Shown here piece by piece: positions 1 to 8,749 of a stretch of DNA of 64,000 nt (positions are counted from its first letter, which is position 1; the number at the start of each line of letters is the position of its first letter). A program made the position numbers and the translations under genes. This DNA comes from a virus. The notes beneath the pieces were generated by a model that was given only the letters and a program-made list of their open reading frames with translations, was not told the DNA's origin and ran no database searches. The stretch is taken from IMG/VR virus record IMGVR_UViG_3300045988_082442, positions 149,709-213,708 of that record; one strand, given 5' to 3'.

Positions 1-1
1 A

Positions 2-220
2 GATGAGTATATTACAAAAGTAGTGGACGATTATCTAAAAGATGTATTACCAATTAGAGAATATTGTGATAAAATAGGGGTTTCTAATAGACAATTCCAT
101 ACAATATTAAACAGATATAAAGAGATACATCCAAATCAACCAGTAGATGACTTTATAAAAAGTCATAGAAATACAGTACACAGAAAGAGAATAGAAGCAT
201 ATAAACAAGTAGATGTATAA
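2..220 (+). CDS. 3' end of a gene cut by the window edge; helix-turn-helix-like segment (IREYCDKIGVSNRQFHTILNRY)
   Basis: Frame is open from base 2 to TAA 218-220; hairpin terminator follows at 230-261. Confidence 0.5.
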   Translation, partial: DEYITKVVDDYLKDVLPIREYCDKIGVSNRQFHTILNRYKEIHPNQPVDDFIKSHRNTVHRKRIEAYKQVDV

Positions 221-229
221 TTAGATAAA

Positions 230-261
230 ATTGTAGATAAAAAATATCTACAATTTTTTTA
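230..261 (+). terminator. rho-independent terminator
   Basis: ATTGTAGATA / TATCTACAAT 10-bp stem plus T7 run. Confidence 0.8.
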
Positions 262-342
262 TTTTATCTATTGACAAATAAAAATATCTATTATATAATA
301 CAACCAGAGTTAAAAATATCTAAAAAGATATTTAAGATATTT
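241..342 (+). promoter_or_regulatory. cluster of AAATATCT / AGATATTT motifs around promoter 271-299
   Basis: Direct copies at 242-249, 282-289 and 314-321; inverted copies at 326-333 and 335-342. Confidence 0.4.
271..299 (+). promoter_or_regulatory. sigma-70/sigA-type promoter TTGACA-17-TATAAT
   Basis: Exact consensus hexamers, 17-nt spacer, about 60 nt before ATG 360. Confidence 0.7.
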
Positions 343-359
343 ATTAGGAGGTAGTATTT

Positions 360-1268
360 ATGAAAGAAAAGAAATTAGTGATTACGCCAGAAAAGTATAA
401 TTGGAGAGAGGAAGGATTTAACTTTACAAAGGTATTAAAATTAGAGTGTTTTAGAGAGGATAAACCTTTAATAATAGTAAAACAACCAAAGACATGGGCA
501 GGATTAGCAAGGGAAGTAATAAGAACATTTGACTATATAATAGAAGCAGAAGTTCAAAACAATCAAATGCTATTTATGGACAAGTTTAATGAAGCATTAC
601 ATGGGGTAATAAAAGAATCAGGAGTAAGACCAAATACAAGTTTTTCAGAAGATTTATTTATATTTCCAACTAATGCAGAAATAAATACATCAAGAGGAAT
701 ATATCCAGACCATTTACATAGTACAGTTTATATGAATAATGCAAATAGCTTATTAAAGATATTTGAAATACCAGATTCAACATTGTCAGCATATATAACA
801 GCAGTATATAGTGGAGAAGTTGTGTGGGTTATAAATGCACTTATAAAAGCATTAGCTCAATATGATGTTAAAGTAGTAATAACATATATGGATAGAGAAA
901 AAGTAAACACAGAAAAACCAGTTCAAATGAGTATAGATGAGATAGAAACAAATAATGAGGAAAAAGTAGAAGATAAATCATTGAAAGAACAACTAAATGA
1001 TATAATAACAACACTAGAAATAGTAGCAGATGCATCTAGTGAAAAACTAAAAAGAACAGTAACATCAGCTAATGAGATAGACTTAGCAAATAGGGAGATG
1101 AGATTAGCATTAAGCCATCCAGAAGAAACAGACAATGAACTATTAAATGAGTATCAAAAATCAATAGATGAGGGAAGTATATCAATGTTAGAAAATATGG
1201 CATATTTAAGGGCATCAATATATTGTATTAAGACTAATTTAAACAATATAAAAGAACTTCTTTCTTAA
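360..1268 (+). CDS. hypothetical protein, 302 aa
   Basis: Long ORF with AGGAGG about 8 nt before the ATG, downstream of promoter 271-299; no family recognised by eye. Confidence 0.75.
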   Translation: MKEKKLVITPEKYNWREEGFNFTKVLKLECFREDKPLIIVKQPKTWAGLAREVIRTFDYIIEAEVQNNQMLFMDKFNEALHGVIKESGVRPNTSFSEDLFIFPTNAEINTSRGIYPDHLHSTVYMNNANSLLKIFEIPDSTLSAYITAVYSGEVVWVINALIKALAQYDVKVVITYMDREKVNTEKPVQMSIDEIETNNEEKVEDKSLKEQLNDIITTLEIVADASSEKLKRTVTSANEIDLANREMRLALSHPEETDNELLNEYQKSIDEGSISMLENMAYLRASIYCIKTNLNNIKELLS

Positions 1269-1287
1269 TCATAGATAATATAAAGTT

Positions 1288-1305
1288 GGTAAAATATTAA
1301 TGAGG
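1288..1305 (+). promoter_or_regulatory. late-type conserved motif copy 1 (GGTAAAATATTAATGAGG)
   Basis: 51 nt before ATG 1356; forms the 5' arm of hairpin 1291-1331. Confidence 0.6.
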
Positions 1306-1337
1306 AATATGTAAAACCTCATTAATATTTTTTATTT
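1291..1337 (+). terminator. terminator whose 5' arm is the late motif
   Basis: AAAATATTAATGAGG 1291-1305 pairs with CCTCATTAATATTTT 1317-1331, then a T run. Confidence 0.7.
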
Positions 1338-1355
1338 TGTAAAGGAGAGTGTAGA

Positions 1356-4300
1356 ATGGCATCAGTTACAACACCAACTATAAATAAGATAATTAGATTA
1401 AAGAATTATGATTTACTAGGTACACAATGTAAGAAATACAATATGTATATGTGCCTAGATACACTTCAATTATGGTATGACGAATCTGATTCAAAGAGAG
1501 TATTATATGCCTATGTAGGGGTAGACACAGTAAATGATTTACAGAAAAATTTAATACCAGAATTAGGAACAACATATTACTGTTGGGAGAGTAATTCATT
1601 ATGGTTATGGATGAACAGATGGATATGTTTATATACAGATGGTAAATACCCTAGTGCATATAGAACAGATAACGGTTATATAGAAGAAGTATATTTAAGT
1701 GATGACCAACCAACAATAGTAGATAATAATGGATTATTGAGAGATGGCTCTGTTGTTGTTAGGGATGCTAATAGAATAATCAAAGGTAGATTATATATAA
1801 GTGATAGCATGGATAATCTAGTTATATCATCATATTTAGGTGGTGGTGTAAGAATACTTCCAAATGGTGCATTCTCAAGTGATGGGGAATTATACATAGA
1901 TGATGATGCTAGAGCATATATTAGGGGAGAATGGAATGTAAGAAACCATGAAATTTATGTAGACTATACAGAAAAGCCAAATGAGGATAAAAATGAATAT
2001 AGAGATAGTACACATAGATATAGAGTATGGCATGAAGGAAACCTAAAATTATCTAGCTTTGATTTAACAGGAGAGAATATTTATAATAAGATTATAGATG
2101 CACAAAAGAATGGAACATTACCAGACCCATTAGTATTAAATGTAGATAGATTAAATGGATTACATTCAACAGATTTTGCATTGAAGAGTCATGTGCATAC
2201 AACTAGCGAAATATCAGACTTTAAGGAAGCAACAGAAGCAGCAGCAGAAGCAGTATTAAAGAATAGATTAACAAATATGATATTCAAAGGTGCAAAAATA
2301 ACATGGGTAGAAGCATCAAAGAAGTTTATGTTAAGTACAGATAACTTCATATTAACATTAACAGGTGGAGTTACAGGACAAGGTACTGTTACAAATAATA
2401 CAAATACAACAATAGCAGTAACAGTAGACCCAAATAAACATAAGCACAAAGATATAACTGATAGATTAGATAAATTAGAAAAAGGTGGAGGAGCAGACTT
2501 ATCAAACTACTATAATAAACAAGAGGTAGATAAAAATATAAGTGATATGTTCTCAGCAACACCAATACAAGGAAAAGCATTATTAGTAGATAAAAATAAG
2601 AATTTACCAGGAAATGCTTTAACAGCAAGTGATTTAGACCATGATACGGAATTAGAATTAGATGGAGATATAACAGGAGCAGTTACATTTGGTTATGATT
2701 TAACTAGATTAACATTAACAACAGATGCATCAAAAATAGTATCAGATACAGCAACAGCAGGAAAAGCATTAAAATTAGATAGTAATGCAGAATTACCAGC
2801 AACCTCATATAAAGCGAAACAATTAGACCATGATATAGAATTTAATATAGCAGGAGCAGTAACTGGAAGAGCAACATTAGATACATCTCAATCATCATTT
2901 ACAATAAATACAACAATACCAGCAGGCTCAAAGATACTAACAAAAGATGATTTAGGTGTAACAGTAGCATCATTAGGAAGTGATGGAAAAGTATTAAGTT
3001 CACAATTACCAGATACAGCAATAGGTGGTATGAAAATAGTAGATACATGGTCAGGAGGAATAGCACCAAGTACAAAGCCAGGAGAAGGTAATGTATGGTA
3101 TGTAGATACAGACTGCACATTTAATGGAAAGAGCTATAAAGCAGGGGACTGGATTTATTATCATAATTCAAGTTGGAATAGAGCAGACTTAGGAGTAAGT
3201 GTTAAATCTGTAAATGGAAAATCAGGAGAAAGTATTACACTAACACCAGCAGATGTAAAAGCAATATCAGAAGATTATATAGACTATACAATAGGTGCAG
3301 ATATACCACAAAATAAAATAGTAGTCACAGATAAAGATAGGCATATAGCAGGAGCAACAGTTGATAAATTAACAAAAGAATTTTCAATAGGAAGTACTAA
3401 TGGGGATGTTTCAATAAGTGCAACAAAGAGTACAAATTTAAAAACAGATGGCTCAAAGAACTTAAATTTAACAATGGAAATAACACAGGATGGATATGAT
3501 AACATAGCAAAAAATGTTAGAAGAGATATAAAAAACAATAATTCAAATGTACCATTTAGAAAGAATTTGAACTTTGTTGACTTTGCCATAGCAGATGATA
3601 GTGGAACGAATACAGTTACAATTAAACCTGATTATACTAATGTTGATGAAATATTATATTTTAATGGAACGCTTACAGATGATTTTAAGAAAAGATTAAC
3701 TAATAACTATTATAATAAAAATGACAGACCTTTTTATATAGCATATAGAGATGCTAACAATAGAATACAATTAGTTGGAATAAATGGAAGTATTGCAGAC
3801 GCAGCAGATAATACAACTATTTCTATACCAACAGGAGAATACTCTACAGTATTAGAAAGTAATAAAGTTATAACTAAAGTAGCAACAGCTAATATAACAT
3901 TTGATTCTGGTGGGAATATATCTAATTTTACAATAACAAGAACTAATTCAACAGAGGCATTACCAATATCTGGTGGTACATTAACAGGAAATATAACATT
4001 ATCAAAATCATCAGGAGATGTAAGTTATTATGCCAAAAGAAGTGATACAGGAACTCAAGTTTGGATGGGTATAGGTTCAGGTGGTGTTAATCATGGATTA
4101 TACTCTAATAAGTTAAATAAATGGATGGTATATGCAGATGCAACAAATGTTTATCTAAATGGAAATGCCACATCAGCAACAAAAGCAACTCAAGATAGTG
4201 ATGGAAATGCAATAAATACAACATATTTGAAAAAGTCAGGTGGCACAATGACAGGTACTATTACAACAAGAGCACTAACACCATCAGCAAACAATACTTA

Positions 4301-4451
4301 TAGTGTAGGAACAAGTAGTGCGAGATATAGTAATGGTTACTTTACAAATACAAATACAACAAATCTAATTGTAAATGGAAGAAAAGTATTTCTACAAAGT
4401 GGTACACCATCAGGAGCATCAAATGGTGATATATGGATAGTAACAAAGTAG
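1356..4451 (+). CDS. tail fibre protein, 1031 aa
   Basis: Fibre-type motifs LNGLHSTDFALKSHVHTTSEISDF and repeated GGTLTGNI / GGTMTGTI near the C-terminus; late motif 1288-1305 upstream. Confidence 0.8.
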   Translation: MASVTTPTINKIIRLKNYDLLGTQCKKYNMYMCLDTLQLWYDESDSKRVLYAYVGVDTVNDLQKNLIPELGTTYYCWESNSLWLWMNRWICLYTDGKYPSAYRTDNGYIEEVYLSDDQPTIVDNNGLLRDGSVVVRDANRIIKGRLYISDSMDNLVISSYLGGGVRILPNGAFSSDGELYIDDDARAYIRGEWNVRNHEIYVDYTEKPNEDKNEYRDSTHRYRVWHEGNLKLSSFDLTGENIYNKIIDAQKNGTLPDPLVLNVDRLNGLHSTDFALKSHVHTTSEISDFKEATEAAAEAVLKNRLTNMIFKGAKITWVEASKKFMLSTDNFILTLTGGVTGQGTVTNNTNTTIAVTVDPNKHKHKDITDRLDKLEKGGGADLSNYYNKQEVDKNISDMFSATPIQGKALLVDKNKNLPGNALTASDLDHDTELELDGDITGAVTFGYDLTRLTLTTDASKIVSDTATAGKALKLDSNAELPATSYKAKQLDHDIEFNIAGAVTGRATLDTSQSSFTINTTIPAGSKILTKDDLGVTVASLGSDGKVLSSQLPDTAIGGMKIVDTWSGGIAPSTKPGEGNVWYVDTDCTFNGKSYKAGDWIYYHNSSWNRADLGVSVKSVNGKSGESITLTPADVKAISEDYIDYTIGADIPQNKIVVTDKDRHIAGATVDKLTKEFSIGSTNGDVSISATKSTNLKTDGSKNLNLTMEITQDGYDNIAKNVRRDIKNNNSNVPFRKNLNFVDFAIADDSGTNTVTIKPDYTNVDEILYFNGTLTDDFKKRLTNNYYNKNDRPFYIAYRDANNRIQLVGINGSIADAADNTTISIPTGEYSTVLESNKVITKVATANITFDSGGNISNFTITRTNSTEALPISGGTLTGNITLSKSSGDVSYYAKRSDTGTQVWMGIGSGGVNHGLYSNKLNKWMVYADATNVYLNGNATSATKATQDSDGNAINTTYLKKSGGTMTGTITTRALTPSANNTYSVGTSSARYSNGYFTNTNTTNLIVNGRKVFLQSGTPSGASNGDIWIVTK

Positions 4452-4464
4452 GAGGTAGGTAAAT

Positions 4465-5220
4465 ATGGCTTTACAAGAAGTAACTACATTTGGAGCAACA
4501 GGTTATACACCTTATCATAATCATGCATCTACAACTACCTATGATGTACAAAGTAATTTAAGGGTTAGAAATGGACCAGGAGTTAATTACACACAATTAT
4601 ATTACAGATACCCAGGAGATTGGTGGACAGTTGCAGAAAACTATAATGGATGGTGTAGGGTACCAAATGCAAATGAATGGACATCTAATTCATATATGAG
4701 TAACCCAAACCCATCTCAGCCAACACCAGGTGAGTTTAGAGTAAATTCATTTAAAGTAACAGCAACCAGAGAAACTGCAAGTACAAAGCAAATATCTGTA
4801 AAGTATGAATGGTGGTGGAATAATGTAGGTGGTACAACAGAAACTTATTATCATTGGAGAGTATATTGCTTTGCACGTAAAAATGGTGGTGAGGCACAGT
4901 ATAATATTCACGGAGATACACAAAGCATAGGTAGAGATGGTAGTGGTTATTTTACAGAAACATGGACAATGGACGAAACATCTGGAAATACTACATTACA
5001 CTTTGGTAATTATGGTGTATGGTACACAAGTTATGGTGGTTATTGGAATCCTGGGGGTGGTGTAGGAAATAGCTTTACATTTAATATACCAAAGTACCAA
5101 CCAAGCCCAGTAAGACAATTAGTAAATGGTACCTGGGAAACAATACCTATTAGACATACATCAGATAATTCAAATGTAGTAATAAAACAATTCAATGGTT
5201 CAAGTTGGATAGATTTATAG
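4465..5220 (+). CDS. virion-associated protein with N-terminal bacterial SH3-like domain
   Basis: LRVRNGPGVNYTQLYYRYPGDWWTVAENYNGWCRV resembles SH3b cell-wall-binding domains; tightly packed after the fibre gene. Confidence 0.55.
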   Translation: MALQEVTTFGATGYTPYHNHASTTTYDVQSNLRVRNGPGVNYTQLYYRYPGDWWTVAENYNGWCRVPNANEWTSNSYMSNPNPSQPTPGEFRVNSFKVTATRETASTKQISVKYEWWWNNVGGTTETYYHWRVYCFARKNGGEAQYNIHGDTQSIGRDGSGYFTETWTMDETSGNTTLHFGNYGVWYTSYGGYWNPGGGVGNSFTFNIPKYQPSPVRQLVNGTWETIPIRHTSDNSNVVIKQFNGSSWIDL

Positions 5221-5229
5221 AATATGAAA

Positions 5230-5259
5230 AAGACTACAAATAATGTAGTCTTTATTTTT
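5230..5259 (+). terminator. rho-independent terminator
   Basis: AAGACTACA / TGTAGTCTT stem plus T-rich tail. Confidence 0.75.
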
Positions 5260-5260
5260 A

Positions 5261-5276
5261 GTAAAATATTAATGAG
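5261..5276 (+). promoter_or_regulatory. late-type motif copy 2 (GTAAAATATTAATGAG)
   Basis: 30 nt before ATG 5306, right after terminator 5230-5259. Confidence 0.6.
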
Positions 5277-5305
5277 TAATAAGTATTATAGAAAGGAGAT
5301 TATAT

Positions 5306-7510
5306 ATGGCAGATGTTTGGTGTGATAATGGTTGGCATACTGGTGGAGCACCTAGAAGAAAAGTATCTGGAACTTTAAGTGCTAATTATTCAGGTTTAAC
5401 CATAAGTGCTTCTTTTAGTGGAAATCAAGTATTAACTGCTTCAGGTTTCTCTTCAATGTCAGATACAGCAAGACTTTACATAGATGGTAATCAGGTTGGC
5501 AGTACAACAGTTGCAATGACTGGTGGTGGAATATCTATGTCAGGTTCTTTAAATGTAGGTGCTGGAAATCATACAATTTCAGTAACTATGGAATGTCCTG
5601 ATGTTACAAATGGAAGACATTGTTCTGCCAGTCTAAGGGGACCTATAACTATTGGTTCATTAACATTATATGTACCAGACCCATATTCTCCCCCTTCTTA
5701 TGATATATGGAGTGCTACCCAAATTGTAAAGGTTGATAGGGATAAAGTAGATGTAAACTATAAAATAGATGGTGGTACAAATGGACTTGATTGGGTTATT
5801 GCAAGAGTAGACGGTGTAAAGGATTTTAATGCAAGTAAAAATAAAGGTGGTTCTTTATGGACATCTTTCTACCCAACATGGGGTGATGGCTTTAGACATG
5901 GAAGCTCTTATAATGTTAGAATAAGATTTAGCGATAATCATGCAGAATATCAAACAGGACATAAGACCTTTTATACATATCAAGAACCTAAACTTACAGG
6001 AGTATCTGTAAGTCCATCATCTGCAAATGCACAAAACCAATCTATAACATTTACACAATCAGGAATAAACGATAGAGCTTGGTCAACATTAGAACAAAAA
6101 TTCTATACATTAGCACATTGTACAGCTGGTGGTTCAAATGTAGGTAATGGATGGACACAAGTAGGTACAGTGGGAAACAATGCTTCATTTACATTAAACG
6201 GAGCATCATTAAGGGGATTTGTACCAAAGGCTTATGATAATCAAACAGTAACAATGCATGTTAAAAGAAGGAACAGTTCAGCAAACTGGGAAAGTGCAGA
6301 GCAAACTTGCACATTTAAAGTTATATATAGACCTCAAAAAGGTGTAACCTGTGCTAATACATCATACAAGAAGAATAACTCATTTGGTGCTGCAGTAGGT
6401 AAGGGGGCATTAGTAATAAATGATAATACTACAACTGGAATACATATATCTTGGAATTATGATACAACAACATCTGATGCAGGATATACACAGGGTTATA
6501 GAATAAGATTATATAATACATCTAAAGTAGTAGTAAAAACATATTATACATCTAGCAAGAACTATACAATACCTAAAGCAGATATACCTAAAATGCAGAA
6601 TACTTATATAGATATAACTCCATATTTTGCAAATGACCAAAGTAGTGTTGCTTCATCAGCTGTTGCAGGAAATTATTGGTATTTTGCAAACCCAGTTAAA
6701 TGTGATTTTGTAGTGTTGGCTACTAAATTGAGCAAACCAACAATAACATACCCAGTAGAAGGAAGTGAGTGGATAAATACAAAATTTAGAGTTTGTTTCC
6801 AATTACCATCAGATGGAGATAAGGGTGCAGAACTAGAAACATATCATTATGAGGATATAGAGGTAAGTGTAAATGGAAAAGTATTTAGAATGACATCAAA
6901 TCCAGAAGGTTTAACATCTGGTGGAGTTCAAGCAGCTGGAGCATTTAGTTCAACAGCATCAAATTTAACATATACAAAAAAGATAGTTGTTGCACCATTT
7001 AAAGCATCTAATTTCCCTACAGCATCAACATATCAAATAAGGGTAAGAGTTAAAAAGAAATATACAACAGTAAAGAATAACTGGAGCCCATGGAGTGATG
7101 TTAGAACATTTAGAGTAAAGACAGCTACATTTACACCAGCAGTAGGAGATATAATTTATGCTTCCCACTATAATGATTCTAAAAAGGTTATAGATAGGGT
7201 AAGAAAAACATATAGTGTAGCTTGGAATACAAAACCATCAGATGTAGCAAGAGGAACAGAGATATTAAGAACACAATATCCATATACAAATTTATATAGT
7301 ATTATTGTTGATACTAAAAAGAAAGTAAATAACTATGCAACATTTGATTCTTCTCAAACATCTGTAAAATTTGATAGCACAAATGCAATACAAGAAAACT
7401 TTACACAATATGTTGAATTGGTAACAGCAGCGAGTAATGAAAGCAAGTCTGATGCAAGTGGTAGAAACTATATGAGAATAGTTTACGATAGATGCAACAA
7501 GTTAATTTAG
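5306..7510 (+). CDS. large structural protein with Ig/FN3-like repeats, 734 aa
   Basis: Beta-rich S/T/N/G composition; FN3-like stretch GIHISWNYDTTTSDAGYTQGYRIRLYN; late motif 5261-5276 upstream. Confidence 0.5.
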   Translation: MADVWCDNGWHTGGAPRRKVSGTLSANYSGLTISASFSGNQVLTASGFSSMSDTARLYIDGNQVGSTTVAMTGGGISMSGSLNVGAGNHTISVTMECPDVTNGRHCSASLRGPITIGSLTLYVPDPYSPPSYDIWSATQIVKVDRDKVDVNYKIDGGTNGLDWVIARVDGVKDFNASKNKGGSLWTSFYPTWGDGFRHGSSYNVRIRFSDNHAEYQTGHKTFYTYQEPKLTGVSVSPSSANAQNQSITFTQSGINDRAWSTLEQKFYTLAHCTAGGSNVGNGWTQVGTVGNNASFTLNGASLRGFVPKAYDNQTVTMHVKRRNSSANWESAEQTCTFKVIYRPQKGVTCANTSYKKNNSFGAAVGKGALVINDNTTTGIHISWNYDTTTSDAGYTQGYRIRLYNTSKVVVKTYYTSSKNYTIPKADIPKMQNTYIDITPYFANDQSSVASSAVAGNYWYFANPVKCDFVVLATKLSKPTITYPVEGSEWINTKFRVCFQLPSDGDKGAELETYHYEDIEVSVNGKVFRMTSNPEGLTSGGVQAAGAFSSTASNLTYTKKIVVAPFKASNFPTASTYQIRVRVKKKYTTVKNNWSPWSDVRTFRVKTATFTPAVGDIIYASHYNDSKKVIDRVRKTYSVAWNTKPSDVARGTEILRTQYPYTNLYSIIVDTKKKVNNYATFDSSQTSVKFDSTNAIQENFTQYVELVTAASNESKSDASGRNYMRIVYDRCNKLI

Positions 7511-7525
7511 TAAAATATTAATGAA
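7510..7525 (+). promoter_or_regulatory. late-type motif copy 3 (GTAAAATATTAATGAA)
   Basis: 28 nt before ATG 7553; overlaps the stop codon of the upstream gene. Confidence 0.6.
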
Positions 7526-7552
7526 TGAAATTTTAATAAAGGAGAGGTTGAA

Positions 7553-8593
7553 ATGATAAAAGATTATAGTAAAGTACCTCGTACATTTAGTGTTACAAAT
7601 AACACAGGAGCAGACAAGGAGATAGATTTAAGATTTATCAAATTAGTAGTTAAAAATGAAGAAACAATATCTGTAAAAGTAGAGGTAAGCGAACACCTTG
7701 CATTATTTACAGCAAGAGCAAATGAATTAGGTTTAGAGTTAGGAGAACCAGCAACAGAAGTAACTGATGAAGCTTCTATGAAAGAAGCATTAGTAGATGA
7801 AAATGTTAAAGAAGTTGTATTGTCAGCAGATTTAGAATTAGCAGAAGCATTAGTACCTACACATGATATAACAATAGATGGTAATGGAAAAACAATAACA
7901 TCTACTAAAAGAATCGCAAATGCTGAAGGTGTTACAGTTGAATTAAAAAATGTTAATGTAAATGTTACAGAAGACACAGCAGTTAGAGCATCAAAAGGTG
8001 GAAAAGTAATTATAGGAAGTGATGCTAAAATAACTAACACAAAAGGTTGGGGTGTAACAGCATTTGAAGAAGGAACAACAGTAGAAATAAATGGAACTAT
8101 TGAAACTGGTTCAGAACCTTGTATTGCAGGAAATGGTTCAGCAGGTAAAGGAAATACAAATATAGTAATAAATGAAGGAGCTAAATTAGTGTCTGATGAT
8201 ATAACTATATTCATACCACAAGACGGAACAGTTACAATCAATGGTGGTGAAATAGTAGGTAAAACTGCAATAGGTATAAAAGCAGGTACACTTAACATAA
8301 ATGGTGGTACATTGACAGCAAATGGTGAAAAAGTAGAAACACCAAAAGCAAATAACAATGGTATGGCTGCTTGGGGAGATACAATAGCAATAGAAGTAAA
8401 TAAAGGATATGCTGGTGGAAAAACAGATAAGAACATCAAAGTAAATGTATCAGACAAAGCAGTATTAACTTCAGCAAACGCAGAAGTAATAAGAGAATTC
8501 AACCCACTAAAAGAAACAATATCAACAGAAGTAACAGGTGCTTATGCAAATAAAGAAGAAGTTGCAGAAAACATATTTGTATATACAAAATAA
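7553..8593 (+). CDS. beta-helix repeat protein, putative spike/adhesin, 346 aa
   Basis: Repeats of the type VTINGGEIVGKTAIGIKAGTLNINGGTLTANG; late motif 7510-7525 upstream; terminator 8613-8650 downstream. Confidence 0.5.
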   Translation: MIKDYSKVPRTFSVTNNTGADKEIDLRFIKLVVKNEETISVKVEVSEHLALFTARANELGLELGEPATEVTDEASMKEALVDENVKEVVLSADLELAEALVPTHDITIDGNGKTITSTKRIANAEGVTVELKNVNVNVTEDTAVRASKGGKVIIGSDAKITNTKGWGVTAFEEGTTVEINGTIETGSEPCIAGNGSAGKGNTNIVINEGAKLVSDDITIFIPQDGTVTINGGEIVGKTAIGIKAGTLNINGGTLTANGEKVETPKANNNGMAAWGDTIAIEVNKGYAGGKTDKNIKVNVSDKAVLTSANAEVIREFNPLKETISTEVTGAYANKEEVAENIFVYTK

Positions 8594-8612
8594 TAATGAA
8601 ATAGATATATGA

Positions 8613-8650
8613 ACAAGGGATATGTAATAGTATCCCTTGTTTTATTATTT
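8613..8650 (+). terminator. rho-independent terminator
   Basis: ACAAGGGATA / TATCCCTTGT stem plus TTTT. Confidence 0.75.
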
Positions 8651-8651
8651 G

Positions 8652-8667
8652 GTAAAATACTAATGTA
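8652..8667 (+). promoter_or_regulatory. late-type motif copy 4, degenerate (GTAAAATACTAATGTA)
   Basis: 28 nt before remnant ATG 8695; drives the endonuclease cassette. Confidence 0.45.
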
Positions 8668-8682
8668 AAGGAAATTTAAGGA

Positions 8683-8719
8683 GGAGGTAATCAAATGGCA
8701 AATTCAGTAGCATATTATG
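8683..8719 (+). repeat. 37-bp direct repeat, copy A (RBS plus first codons of the spike gene)
   Basis: Identical to 10387-10423 except one T/C difference. Confidence 0.85.
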
Positions 8720-8733
8720 CTAAGATGTTGTAG
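8695..8733 (+). other. 12-codon remnant ORF (MANSVAYYAKML) duplicating the 5' end of gene 10399..12939
   Basis: 37-nt block 8683-8719 matches 10387-10423 (RBS, ATG and first 8 codons) with one mismatch. Confidence 0.7.
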
Positions 8734-8749
8734 TAAGTAGGAGGAAGAG

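Noticed and set aside
7564-8502. 312-aa ORF on the - strand, antisense to 7553..8593
   Set aside because: It fully overlaps a + strand gene that has a late motif, an RBS and a repeat-protein signature. The antisense product is low-complexity (S/F/P/V-rich) with no start signals, which is a typical shadow ORF of a repetitive gene.
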